From an uncultured Bacteroidales bacterium (GTDB lineage: Bacteria; Bacteroidota; Bacteroidia; Bacteroidales; VadinHA17), in the NCBI GenBank assembly GCA_963756885.1, contig CAVWPG010000007.1, forward strand, positions 3,582-67,581: a stretch of DNA of 64,000 nt. Direction: 5' to 3'. Position 1 is the stretch's first letter. Every line of letters begins with the position of its first letter. The position numbers and the translations under genes were made by a program. This document shows positions 9,994 through 19,553 of the stretch, piece after piece. Below the pieces are notes generated by a model. The model was not told where the DNA came from. It worked only from the letters and a program-made list of their open reading frames with translations, and did no database searches.

Positions 9994-11577
9994 ATGAGAA
10001 ATATTAAACTATTAGTACTTGTGGCCGCCCTGATTGCACTTGTGGGCTGTTCAGGAAATAAAAAGGCGAAGAGTGGCGAATATCCGATGTTCTGGACATG
10101 GATGGATTACAGACCGGGAATGAACTTCGATTCTGTATGCGGTGTCATGAATGAGGCAGGTATCGATGGCGTGATGCTCAATGCACCGACACCCGATGAT
10201 TACCGTTCGGCTATCCCGATCGCACACAGGCATGGAATTGAGGTATACGCCTGGCTCTGGACCATGAATCCCGAGCACGACAGGGATAGCCTCCTGAAAG
10301 AGCATCCCGGCTGGTTCAGTGTGAACAGGAAGGGGCAGAGCCTGGCAGATACAAAAATGTATGTCGATTACTACAAGTTCATGTGCCCTGCCTTGCCGGA
10401 GGTGCGGGAACATATAAAGAAGAAGATCATTGCCTATTGCGAAGTGGAAGGACTGAATGGCATTGCAATTGATTATCACCGGTTTGTCGACGTTATTCTC
10501 CCAACTACACTATGGTCGAGGTATGGAATAGTCCAGGACAGGGAGTACCCTGAATTTGACTTTGGATATCATCCGGCAATGATCAGTTTATTCATGGATA
10601 AGTATGGATATGATCCGCGCAAGGAGGAAGATCCTTCGACAGATGAAAAATGGCTGCAGTTCCGCTGCGATCAGATAACCGAGGTGGCAAACGAGATCGC
10701 GGCAGTGGTTCATTCGTATGGCAAGGTGATGGCTGCATCGCCGTTTCCCACACCTGAAATGGCAAAAAAAATGGTCCGCCAGGACTGGGGAAAGTGGAAC
10801 CTTGATATTGTATTCCCCATGGTATATCATAATTTCTATACGGGCGATTTAAGCTTTATCTCAGATTGTACGCTCGAGAATCTGAGGGACAAGAATCCGA
10901 TGACAACCCTTTATTGCGGGATGACCGCATCGAATGGACCCATTATGTTCAAGTGCATGGATGAAGCCCTGAAGAACGGAGCCCGGGGTATCTCGATATT
11001 CACAGTCGGAAGTCTGCGTTCACCCGAAATACGGGCCAGGTTCAGGGCTTATGCTGACAGTGCCCGACAGGCACGTAGTGCTGCCAGGGGCAAGCCGGTA
11101 ACGACTGAGTACAAGGGGGCTGTTACCGATCCGTTCCTGAAGAAGGGCATCATGGATGCTGTCAGCCTTCGCATGCTGGCATATCTGAGCCTTGCCCGGG
11201 CTGAAGGGAATCCGGAACTTGGAAAAACCGACAAGGCTGTAATTGAATTGCTGGCAAAAAATTCAATGCAGTGCAATACCCCGGCCGACTATTTAAGCCG
11301 ACTCAATAATGCGCCGAGGAGAAACAAGGATCTCGAACCCGTAGCCAGGGCCATTGCCGCTCAGTTCGTAAGCGATACTGCCAGTATAAGGCCCGATCCG
11401 GGGAAATATGATCTGGTTGAGGAGTATGGAGCCACTAAGCATTATACTGTGACTGAACAGACCAGCGGGGTGAAGTTTGATGTAACATTTTATTTTTACG
11501 GAGGAATTCTTTCAGGATGGAATGTCGAACCTGAAGAAGGGTCATATAAAGCCTTTGAAAAGAGGCAGCGGGTATAA
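9994..11577 (+). CDS. lipoprotein, possible glycosyl-hydrolase-like 10 (GHL10/DUF187-type) TIM-barrel protein
   Basis: It has a lipobox (LVGCSGN). The family assignment is a weak recollection based on the HGIEVYAWLW and GIAIDYHRF pattern. Confidence 0.35.
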   Translation: MRNIKLLVLVAALIALVGCSGNKKAKSGEYPMFWTWMDYRPGMNFDSVCGVMNEAGIDGVMLNAPTPDDYRSAIPIAHRHGIEVYAWLWTMNPEHDRDSLLKEHPGWFSVNRKGQSLADTKMYVDYYKFMCPALPEVREHIKKKIIAYCEVEGLNGIAIDYHRFVDVILPTTLWSRYGIVQDREYPEFDFGYHPAMISLFMDKYGYDPRKEEDPSTDEKWLQFRCDQITEVANEIAAVVHSYGKVMAASPFPTPEMAKKMVRQDWGKWNLDIVFPMVYHNFYTGDLSFISDCTLENLRDKNPMTTLYCGMTASNGPIMFKCMDEALKNGARGISIFTVGSLRSPEIRARFRAYADSARQARSAARGKPVTTEYKGAVTDPFLKKGIMDAVSLRMLAYLSLARAEGNPELGKTDKAVIELLAKNSMQCNTPADYLSRLNNAPRRNKDLEPVARAIAAQFVSDTASIRPDPGKYDLVEEYGATKHYTVTEQTSGVKFDVTFYFYGGILSGWNVEPEEGSYKAFEKRQRV

Positions 11578-11874
11578 TATCGCCGGCAATTTTCTGAACA
11601 GAAGCATATTAACCAGTAACTCATAGCAAGTGGCGATAACCGGCACCCTGTCATAATTCCATCTTTCCGGATTAAATTATGTATTTTGCCAATGCCGTGA
11701 TATTAAATATTTTCGTTTGACATTGAATTGAAAGTGATTCGTAAATTTTAATATATCTGTAAACCAGACATATAACATAAAATATGATTTTATTCAGGTT
11801 ATATTGAAAATAACGGTATGGGATTTGTAAGTATGATTGTAATATTAAAGCTTGCTCTTTTAAAAACAAACGTC

Positions 11875-13227
11875 ATGAAGAAGTACTTAACCTCCGCAAT
11901 TATCCTGGTAATGTTAGCCACAGGCGCAACGTTGAAGGCTCAGGCCAGACAGGATGAATACCTCGGCCTGCCCGGGGATAATCTGAATCTATATGCAGTA
12001 ATGAAGTTGTTCCAGGAGTCACCCACTCTTGAAACCTTCGAAAGGGATCTGAACGATCAGAGCTTCAGGATCAACAATCTCGACCTTAACGGGGACAATA
12101 TGATCGACTACCTTACAGTAAGGGATTATGCCGACAGGGATGTTCACACCATCGTACTGCAGGATGCAATCAATAACAGGGAAACGCAGGATGTGGCAGT
12201 TTTCACGGTCCAGCGCTTCCAGAACGGACAGGTGCAGATACAGCTGATAGGTGATGAAGCACTCTACGGGAAGAATTACATTATTGAGCCCATCACCGAT
12301 GAGGAGCTGGCCAGTCAGACGCCCAATCCGGGTTATACAGGGAATCCGGCATACAATGGTACGGTTGTAAGAACCACCTATTACGAGATTGCCGCCTGGC
12401 CAATGGTAAGGTTCATCTACTCACCCGGATATGTGGGCTGGCATTCTTCCTGGTACTGGGGTTACTACCCAACGTACTGGCATCCCTGGAGACCATACTA
12501 CTGGGATTACTACTACGGCTATCATTACCACATGTACAACGATTATTACAGGAACTACCGTCACTGGAATAACCCTCGCTATACACACTGGAACGATTCC
12601 TACTACACCAGCAGAAGGTCTTATTCGCCGTACGTCAGCGGGAGGATAAAGTCAGGGACCTACAAGGTCACCTACTCGCATCCCGAGCAGAGGAGCAAGG
12701 GAGAAGCCCTGTACACCAGCACCGCTCATAACCAGACCAACAGGAGGAGTGAACCCTCACATGTCAACAATCAGGTCAGAAGCAATGACACCAGGGCCAG
12801 CCAGCATGGTCAGCCGGCCGGAAACAATGCAGGCACTTCCAGGAGGAGCACCGCACCGGAGACCAGATCCAGCGGAAATACAAGCAAACCGGAGACCAGA
12901 TCTAATGGAAATACAAGGAAACCGGAAAGTGTAACTCCTGCAGCAAGGCCTTCCGGCAATGCAGGTACCGGATCAGTCAACCACACTTCAGCAGGAAACA
13001 ATTCATCCCCTGCAAGGAGAGCAGCTGCTACAACAACTGCAAAACCGGCTGCGAATCCAAAGCCTGCACAGGCATCACAGCCGGCCAGATCGGCCCCGAA
13101 GCCTGCAAGGGTGACAACAACCTCGTCGCCAAGGAGGAGTAGCAGTGAAAGCAAACCGGCAACATCAGCCAAAAGCAGTGATAATAAAAAGTCGGGCGAG
13201 ACTGCAAAGCCCGACAGGAGGAAGTAA
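11875..13227 (+). CDS. secreted protein with a Tyr/Trp/His-rich region and a basic Ser/Thr/Pro/Arg-rich tail, unknown function
   Basis: The signal peptide starts at the internal ATG 11875 (MKKYLTSAIILVMLATGATLKAQA). A globular N-terminal ~160 aa is followed by YYWDYYYGYHYHMYNDYYRNYRHW and then a low-complexity tail. The tail includes a 33-bp direct repeat x2 (12856-12921). Confidence 0.6.
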   Translation: MKKYLTSAIILVMLATGATLKAQARQDEYLGLPGDNLNLYAVMKLFQESPTLETFERDLNDQSFRINNLDLNGDNMIDYLTVRDYADRDVHTIVLQDAINNRETQDVAVFTVQRFQNGQVQIQLIGDEALYGKNYIIEPITDEELASQTPNPGYTGNPAYNGTVVRTTYYEIAAWPMVRFIYSPGYVGWHSSWYWGYYPTYWHPWRPYYWDYYYGYHYHMYNDYYRNYRHWNNPRYTHWNDSYYTSRRSYSPYVSGRIKSGTYKVTYSHPEQRSKGEALYTSTAHNQTNRRSEPSHVNNQVRSNDTRASQHGQPAGNNAGTSRRSTAPETRSSGNTSKPETRSNGNTRKPESVTPAARPSGNAGTGSVNHTSAGNNSSPARRAAATTTAKPAANPKPAQASQPARSAPKPARVTTTSSPRRSSSESKPATSAKSSDNKKSGETAKPDRRK

Positions 13228-13252
13228 GGCTTACTCTTAATATATATCCCGG

Positions 13253-13283
13253 GAATCCCTGCGAAAGCGGGGATTCTCTTTTT
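13253..13283. terminator. hairpin terminator between convergent genes
   Basis: The stem is gaatccctgc / gcggggattc (10 bp, one G-U) with a GAAA loop, followed by tcttttt. Confidence 0.65.
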
Positions 13284-13321
13284 GTGATTGTATCTGCCCG
13301 GCTAATCCTGGTCACTTAAGC

Positions 13322-14086
13322 CTATTTTGTTTTCCTGTTTCCGTTTGGCTTCATATTTTCAACAAGGAAAAGGTCATCGGATAACCCCTGGTCGAATTTT
13401 ATGTCGGAAAGAATGATCCTCGTTGTGTGGTTTTTTTCAAGATCCTTCATAACAATAACTGAGGCATTCCAGTATTTCCCTATCTTATCGTACTTGTAGG
13501 TCTGCTCCTTGAATTTCCTCCCTCTCCTGTCATAATAATCCATTGTTTCTGCATAGCCGTACATTCTGCTGACCTTCACGACTATCCTTGAATAGTTGGA
13601 TTTTGAGGAGATTGGCACGAGGTTAAGTACCCAGGAATCATTGTCGGTCTGAAGCAGTTCGGGCTTATACCGGTCCGAATATCGGCTGGTTGCCATATCC
13701 TCCAGGGTAAAATCGGTATTATTGAATGCCTGGCTGTCTGCCAGGATCGATATTTTCTTTGGTTTCCCGAAGGCTGGCATATAAAGCCACATAACATCAT
13801 CTGGCAATGACAGGGTTGCAATCCCCGCCTGGGATTCGGGCTTTGTATAGCGATAGAGCTTTTTATCAGGACCCTTTTGCAGCATCGTGGCTTCCCGGAT
13901 CTTTTCCTTCCCATTCCTGTCGGTCACTATTATCGTAACCTTACCCTCTCTGTCTTTCGGTGAGAAAATTATATTATCCATATTCCGCAGGATTTCGGCT
14001 GCATCCTGCGGCAGCGCACCGGTCAGGAGGGTGAAACTCAAAACAGGAATCAGGATTGCCGCATATCTTATTGTTTTCATGATCAT
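13322..14086 (-). CDS. outer-membrane lipoprotein-sorting (LolA-like) protein, partner of the adjacent MMPL exporter
   Basis: A 254-aa secreted protein. Its size, its position immediately downstream of an MMPL/RND gene, and motifs (ATMLQKGPDKKL, WLYMPAFGKPKKI) fit this family. Confidence 0.55.
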   Translation of the reverse strand: MIMKTIRYAAILIPVLSFTLLTGALPQDAAEILRNMDNIIFSPKDREGKVTIIVTDRNGKEKIREATMLQKGPDKKLYRYTKPESQAGIATLSLPDDVMWLYMPAFGKPKKISILADSQAFNNTDFTLEDMATSRYSDRYKPELLQTDNDSWVLNLVPISSKSNYSRIVVKVSRMYGYAETMDYYDRRGRKFKEQTYKYDKIGKYWNASVIVMKDLEKNHTTRIILSDIKFDQGLSDDLFLVENMKPNGNRKTK

Positions 14087-14129
14087 TGTCGTTATTATTT
14101 TGATTGTAATGTCATGCCGTGCCTTGTTC

Positions 14130-16397
14130 TCAGGATTGCTGCAGCTGGCCGGTTGACCGCCTCCGGTTACGGTGAGCCATAATAAGTATTACCGGCAGAA
14201 ATGTAAGGGAGCTCAGTCCTGATCCGACCATGCTCAGGAATATCAGCAGCCCGAAATACTGAAGAGGCACCATTTCCGAGAAGAGCAATACAAGAAAGCC
14301 TGCCGAAACAGAAATTACATTTATTACTATGGCTTTTCCGCTTATACCTATCGTTTTCTCCAATGCCTCCTGAATTGATGCTCCGTTTTTGACGGAATGG
14401 TTGAAATGTGTGATTACATGTATTGAATAATCGACACCTATGCCCATTGCTATACTGGCAACGAGGACGGTGGCTATATTCAGGGGGATGCCGGTATAAC
14501 CCATTAGACCGAAAAGGATCAGGATTGTGGAAATTATCGGCACAGCTGCATAGAGGCCGGCTGAGACTGACCGAAGGATGATGCTCACGATCATTATTGC
14601 GAAAATGACAGCTATCAGGAGGCTTCCAATCTGACTTTTGATAAGGCTCCTGTCCATCGTTGCCTCTATAAAGGGCATACCCGTGAGTTCAATAGTGCAC
14701 GACGGTGTCGGATTATTCCTTATAAAGCTTTGCATGTAAGCTTCAAAGCTGCTCTTTTCACTGCTCTCAGATGAGATGAATCTGGATATTATGATAGCCT
14801 CGGTCTGATCCTCCGACACGAATTTCTGAAGGTTTTCATTGCCGTCAAGAAGAAACCATAGCTGCCCGATCTTATCCTTTTCATCAGGGATTGCCCTGCT
14901 TTCACCCAGAGCTCCGTTTACATCTGCAATCAGATCGGCAATCGACTGGGCTGCGACTATTTCAGGACGCTTTTTCATATACTCCTCTGTCCTGAGCATT
15001 GTTTTCAGCACTACCGGATCAAGGATATCTCCTTTAAATAATACAAAGACCGGTTTTGTTCCTCCGAATTTTTCAGTCAGAATATCCTCGGCTATCCTTG
15101 TCGGGTTATTCTTCCTGAAGTAGTTTCTGACATCAACATTTCTTTTTATAAGGAATATTCCGCCTGTATTGACTATCGTAAAAAGGATCCAGATCAGGAA
15201 TACTTTTTTTGTATGCTTAAGCAGCAATCTCTGGAGAGGTATCAGAATATGTCCGGTGAGAAATGTGTCATCTGACTGCAATCCGGTGCCGGATCTGACA
15301 GGGCTTTTCCAGGCAAATGCAGAAATAAGTGCTGGAATGAAAAAGAGTGAAAGGAGAAGAGCGATGAAGGTTCCAAGGGCCGTGTAGATCCCAAAGTTTC
15401 GGATCATTGTAAGGTATGAGCCGAAAATGAAGGACACAAATCCGGTAATTGTTGTAAGGGCGGCCAGCACTACGGGAATGAATACCGATGTAAGGGCGAC
15501 AACTATCGAACGGTCCGGATCATCCTTCACCTGGTCGATCCTGTTCAGCACATGGATTGCATATGCAGTGCCTATCGCGAGCAGGACAATGGGGATGTTA
15601 TTCGATACCATGGTCATTGCCGATCCGGCAAGTGACATAATGCCTATTACCCAGATTATCGACAAAGAAGCGGTAAGGAGGGGAAGGATAACTCCCCTTG
15701 ACGAACGGAATCCGATAAACAGGACGAGAGTGATCAGCAGGAAGGCAATCGGGAGCAACCTTGTGAGATCTGAAGCGATCAGCCGGGAGATGGAGGTAAT
15801 CATCATCGGGGAGCCGCCATAATAGATCTTTTCCGGCAGCCGGAGCGATTCCGTTTTCTTTCTGACCCTGTTCGCCAGCACCTGCATATTCCCGTCATCG
15901 GCTATGGAGAATATTATAGTCGTTGAGGTTCCGTCTTCCGAGACTATCGTCCCCCTGAAGTTTTCGTGCGACATTACCCTCTTCCTCAGAAGTGCCAGCT
16001 CCTCAGGCGTATCCGGAAGATCGTCAGCGTCGACAAGCTGTCCGATCTCAAGGCCATCCGCCCCCTCTTTTACATCCATTACATTGGTAAGGCTCGTAAC
16101 TCCTGAGATCCCTTCCATCTCACCCAGGGAGTCTGTTATCATCCTTACATGCTCCAGAACCTGGGTCGTGTATATATTGTCGGTTTTAAGGATTATCATC
16201 CCTGTTTTGTTGCCGCTGAACTCTGTTCCTATTTTTTTTATAAGTACAGCATCCGGATCATTGTCGGGCAATGAGCTTATGACATCGGAATTGATCCTGA
16301 TCTTAGGGATCTGCAGGGCCAGGAAGACAGTTATTGCCAGCACCAGCAGTAAAATCAGCCATCTTATCCTGATCACATATCTGAATAATTTCTCCAT
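14130..16397 (-). CDS. MMPL / RND-superfamily exporter
   Basis: It has two blocks of ~6 TM helices separated by large soluble loops, the typical MMPL layout. The likely start is ATG 16397 (MEKLFRYVIRIRWLILLL). Confidence 0.75.
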   Translation of the reverse strand: MEKLFRYVIRIRWLILLLVLAITVFLALQIPKIRINSDVISSLPDNDPDAVLIKKIGTEFSGNKTGMIILKTDNIYTTQVLEHVRMITDSLGEMEGISGVTSLTNVMDVKEGADGLEIGQLVDADDLPDTPEELALLRKRVMSHENFRGTIVSEDGTSTTIIFSIADDGNMQVLANRVRKKTESLRLPEKIYYGGSPMMITSISRLIASDLTRLLPIAFLLITLVLFIGFRSSRGVILPLLTASLSIIWVIGIMSLAGSAMTMVSNNIPIVLLAIGTAYAIHVLNRIDQVKDDPDRSIVVALTSVFIPVVLAALTTITGFVSFIFGSYLTMIRNFGIYTALGTFIALLLSLFFIPALISAFAWKSPVRSGTGLQSDDTFLTGHILIPLQRLLLKHTKKVFLIWILFTIVNTGGIFLIKRNVDVRNYFRKNNPTRIAEDILTEKFGGTKPVFVLFKGDILDPVVLKTMLRTEEYMKKRPEIVAAQSIADLIADVNGALGESRAIPDEKDKIGQLWFLLDGNENLQKFVSEDQTEAIIISRFISSESSEKSSFEAYMQSFIRNNPTPSCTIELTGMPFIEATMDRSLIKSQIGSLLIAVIFAIMIVSIILRSVSAGLYAAVPIISTILILFGLMGYTGIPLNIATVLVASIAMGIGVDYSIHVITHFNHSVKNGASIQEALEKTIGISGKAIVINVISVSAGFLVLLFSEMVPLQYFGLLIFLSMVGSGLSSLTFLPVILIMAHRNRRRSTGQLQQS

Positions 16398-16628
16398 TAC
16401 TCGGTTTCTTTGAGGTTGGGTTAAGGGTGGCAAAAATAATGTATTTCGGGCAGCTATCAAAAGGACGGTAACAAAGGCTGCACCGTTTCATCAGTATCCG
16501 ATGAATTTTTGCTGTCTTTCAGAAATTATCGATGCACGATCCTACGCTCAATATATTAGCAGATAAAATTTTTCAATTTTTTAATATTCTGAAAATATGT
16601 TGCAGGTTAAAAAAGTTTTGTATTTTTG

Positions 16629-16646
16629 TTTCGTGATTAGACGAAA
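16629..16646. promoter_or_regulatory. palindrome TTTCGT-N6-ACGAAA upstream of arsR (candidate operator)
   Basis: It has perfect 6-bp arms and ends 12 nt before the arsR ATG. The same core recurs at 18469-18488. Confidence 0.4.
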
Positions 16647-16657
16647 TACTAAATGAA

Positions 16658-16978
16658 ATGGAAATAAAGGAGAAGGTGAATGTTTATACCGAAAAGCAGG
16701 AAAAGATTGCCCGTTATTCCAAGGCGCTTGGGCATCCTGTAAGGGTGTATATAATGGATTTCCTCGTCAAGAATACCGACAAATGCTGTTATAGCGGCGA
16801 TATGGCTGAGGAACTGCCAATAGCCCGATCGACTCTCTCCCAGCATCTTAAGGAATTAAAGGAGGCCGGATTGATACAGGGTGAAATAAATCCCCCTTAT
16901 ATTAAATATTGTATAAATAAAGCAGGATGGGGCGAGGCCAAGGAGTTGCTCGGAGCCTTTTTTAACAGAAAATATTAA
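16658..16978 (+). CDS. arsR: ArsR/SmtB-family metalloregulator
   Basis: It has a winged-HTH signature (ALGHPVRVYIMDFL ... STLSQHLKELKEAGLI) and heads an arsenic gene cluster. Confidence 0.85.
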   Translation: MEIKEKVNVYTEKQEKIARYSKALGHPVRVYIMDFLVKNTDKCCYSGDMAEELPIARSTLSQHLKELKEAGLIQGEINPPYIKYCINKAGWGEAKELLGAFFNRKY

Positions 16979-16989
16979 ATGGATATATA

Positions 16990-17223
16990 ATGGAAATTAA
17001 AATTTTAGGTACCGGTTGTTCAAAATGCAAAACCCTCGAGGAAATTACGCGTAAAGTAGTAAGGGATAATGCTATCGATGCAAGCATCACAAAAGTTGAA
17101 GACATTGTTGAAATTATGAAATTCAACGTCATGACAACCCCCGCCCTGGTCGTTAACGAAAAGGTTGTATCGAGGGGACGCATTCCGTCAGCCGGTGAGA
17201 TAAAACAATTTTTAACAAAATAA
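16990..17223 (+). CDS. small thioredoxin-fold protein (redox-active disulfide protein 2 type)
   Basis: A 77-aa protein. MEIKILGTGCSKCKTLEE is the typical N-terminal CxxC pattern of this family. Confidence 0.8.
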   Translation: MEIKILGTGCSKCKTLEEITRKVVRDNAIDASITKVEDIVEIMKFNVMTTPALVVNEKVVSRGRIPSAGEIKQFLTK

Positions 17224-17233
17224 AAGACTGGAC

Positions 17234-17656
17234 ATGAGAAAATTCTTATTAATTAATTTTGTACTGATAACACTTGCCGGTTTTTCGGGCAGAGCCCAGA
17301 CAAGCCAAAAGCCGGCAACAACAGTTACAGGGAATGGCGATGTTGAAGTATATTACTTTCATATGACCATCCGGTGCACAACCTGCAAAACGGTTGAAGC
17401 TGAAGCCAGAAAGAATGTTGAAATGTTATATGCTGATCAGGTTAAGAGCGGTAAGATAAGTTTCACTGCTTTAAATCTTGAAGAGGCCACCGGAAAAGTA
17501 ATGGGAGAAAAGCTGGGCGTGAACGGTCAGACACTACTGATTGTTAAGGGGGACCAGAGGATCAATATTACGAATGAAGGTTTCCTCTATGCTGTTTCTC
17601 AGCCACAGAAATTTACTGAGGTTATGAAATCGAAAATTGATCCTCTGATTAAATAA
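17234..17656 (+). CDS. secreted CxxC protein of ars islands (possibly ArsF-family-like)
   Basis: It has a signal peptide and a CTTC motif, and sits between the thioredoxin-like and CcdA-like genes. The ArsF-family label is recollection only. Confidence 0.45.
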   Translation: MRKFLLINFVLITLAGFSGRAQTSQKPATTVTGNGDVEVYYFHMTIRCTTCKTVEAEARKNVEMLYADQVKSGKISFTALNLEEATGKVMGEKLGVNGQTLLIVKGDQRINITNEGFLYAVSQPQKFTEVMKSKIDPLIK

Positions 17657-17754
17657 ACGGGATGCTGGGTGCCAGGTCAAAGGTTCTCGGTACTTTGGCA
17701 CAGGGGACCAGGGAGCGAACACCAGGCAACCAGTCACAAGCAACAAGCGACCTG

Positions 17755-18453
17755 ATGGATTTTCTTACAAATCTTCTTGATAGTAGTTCCATGCCATGGG
17801 TTACAGCCTTGTTACTCGGTTTGATGACTGCTGTCAGTCCATGTCCGTTGGCAACTAACATTACGGCAGTCGGATTTATAAGCAAAGATCTGGAAAACCG
17901 CAACAGAGTCTTTTTCAACGGCTTGTTTTATACTCTTGGAAGAGCAATTTCATATACTTTAATTCCACTTGTAATTTATTTTGGAGCAGATCAGTTTAAA
18001 TTCTCAGGGTTCTTCCAGCTGTATGGAGAGAAAATCATCGGACCCCTGTTATTGTTAATCGGAATATTCATGCTAGATATCATCAGGATTAACCTGCCAG
18101 GTTTTGGCAGACTCTCTGAGAAAATGGAAAAGAGAAAGTCGTGGATGTTTATTGATGCCCTATTGCTGGGAATGCTTTTTGCCTTTGCTTTTTGCCCTTA
18201 CAGTGCAGTTCTTTATTTCGGAATGCTTGTTCCCTTAACCGTCTCAAGTGCTTCCGGACTCTATCTTCCAGTTGTATTTGCGATCGCAACCGGAATCCCT
18301 GTAATTATTATTGCATGGATGCTGGCTTATGCCATTTCAGGTTTGGGTGGCCTTTACAATAAGATAAAAATTTTCGAACTCTGGTTTAGAAGAGTAATCG
18401 CAGTAATCTTCATCATTGTTGGTCTTTATTACATATTCAGGATTTACATTTAA
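17755..18453 (+). CDS. DsbD/CcdA-superfamily membrane protein (ArsG-like transporter candidate)
   Basis: The likely start is ATG 17755 (MDFLTNLL...). It has the conserved TAVSPCPLATN motif and six predicted TM helices. Confidence 0.6.
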   Translation: MDFLTNLLDSSSMPWVTALLLGLMTAVSPCPLATNITAVGFISKDLENRNRVFFNGLFYTLGRAISYTLIPLVIYFGADQFKFSGFFQLYGEKIIGPLLLLIGIFMLDIIRINLPGFGRLSEKMEKRKSWMFIDALLLGMLFAFAFCPYSAVLYFGMLVPLTVSSASGLYLPVVFAIATGIPVIIIAWMLAYAISGLGGLYNKIKIFELWFRRVIAVIFIIVGLYYIFRIYI

Positions 18454-18468
18454 AAAATTTGTAAAATT

Positions 18469-18488
18469 ATTTCGTAATATGACGAAAT
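18469..18488. promoter_or_regulatory. palindrome ATTTCGT-N6-ACGAAAT overlapping the permease start codon
   Basis: It has perfect 7-bp arms and the same core as the site at 16629-16646. Confidence 0.4.
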
Positions 18489-19527
18489 GTCAATGCTTAT
18501 AGAAATGAAAAACATTAAAACAAATATCTGGTTACCTGTTGCATTGCTGCCAGTATGGTACCTGCTTTATCATAACCTTCAACCAGCGACCGACCTGGTA
18601 ATAGATTCGGTTTTCGGTATGACAAGGGGGGCACCTCTTACTGAAGCGGTGCGGTTTTTTGTTTTCGAATTTCCGAAGGTAATGATGCTTCTTACCCTCA
18701 TTATCTTCCTCGTTGGGATTATCAGGACATATTTCACCCCTGAGCGGACCCGTAAAGCACTTGAAGGCCGGAAGACGTTCACCGGCAATATAATGGCAGC
18801 AGCCCTCGGCATTGTGACTCCGTTTTGTTCATGCTCGGCAATCCCCTTGTTCCTTGGGTTTGTTGAAGCCGGGGTTCCACTGGGAGTCACATTTTCTTTT
18901 TTGATTTCATCACCAATGATCAATGAAGTTGCTGTTGTTCTTTTATATGGAATGTTTGGATGGAAGGTAGCAGCAATATATGTGGGTACAGGTTTGATTA
19001 TTGCAATTACTGCCGGATGGATAATTGGTTTACTCCGGCTTGAAAAATGGGTGGAACCATGGGTCTTCGAGACACATCTGGGTAACGGGAATGAGGAAGA
19101 AGAAAAAATAACATTCGGTTACAGAGTCGGTCTTGGTTATGATGCAATAAAAGATATTGTCGGTAAAGTATGGCTTTATGTAGCCTTAGGTATTGCTGTC
19201 GGAGCAGGCGCTCATGGTTATGTCCCGCAGGATTTTATGGTGGCCTTGATGGGCAAATCTGCATGGTATTCGGTTCCGTTATCAATATTAATAGGCATAC
19301 CGTTATATTCTAATGCAGCGGGAATAGTCCCAATTGTTTCAGTGCTTATCGAAAAAGGAGCAGCGCTGGGAACTTCCCTTGCGTTTATGATGGCAGTAAT
19401 TGGCTTGTCATTACCTGAAATGGTCATCCTGCGTAAGGTATTGAAGCTCCCGTTAATTTTTACATTTATAGGTGTGGTTGGATTAGGAATAATGATAGTG
19501 GGATATCTTTTCAATATTATTTTTTAA
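18487..19527 (+). CDS. COG0701-type permease (ArsP-like organoarsenical efflux permease candidate)
   Basis: A polytopic membrane protein with a TPFCSCSAIPLF cysteine motif characteristic of this permease family. It lies in an arsenic gene context. Confidence 0.65.
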   Translation: MSMLIEMKNIKTNIWLPVALLPVWYLLYHNLQPATDLVIDSVFGMTRGAPLTEAVRFFVFEFPKVMMLLTLIIFLVGIIRTYFTPERTRKALEGRKTFTGNIMAAALGIVTPFCSCSAIPLFLGFVEAGVPLGVTFSFLISSPMINEVAVVLLYGMFGWKVAAIYVGTGLIIAITAGWIIGLLRLEKWVEPWVFETHLGNGNEEEEKITFGYRVGLGYDAIKDIVGKVWLYVALGIAVGAGAHGYVPQDFMVALMGKSAWYSVPLSILIGIPLYSNAAGIVPIVSVLIEKGAALGTSLAFMMAVIGLSLPEMVILRKVLKLPLIFTFIGVVGLGIMIVGYLFNIIF

Positions 19528-19553
19528 ATAACTGATAAGATGGAATAAAAAAA

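Noticed and set aside
12810-13172. 120-aa minus-strand ORF, and the plus-strand alternative-frame ORFs at 12431-12649 and 12749-12934.
   Set aside because: They fall inside the low-complexity tail of the 11875-13227 gene. Repetitive composition keeps several frames open.
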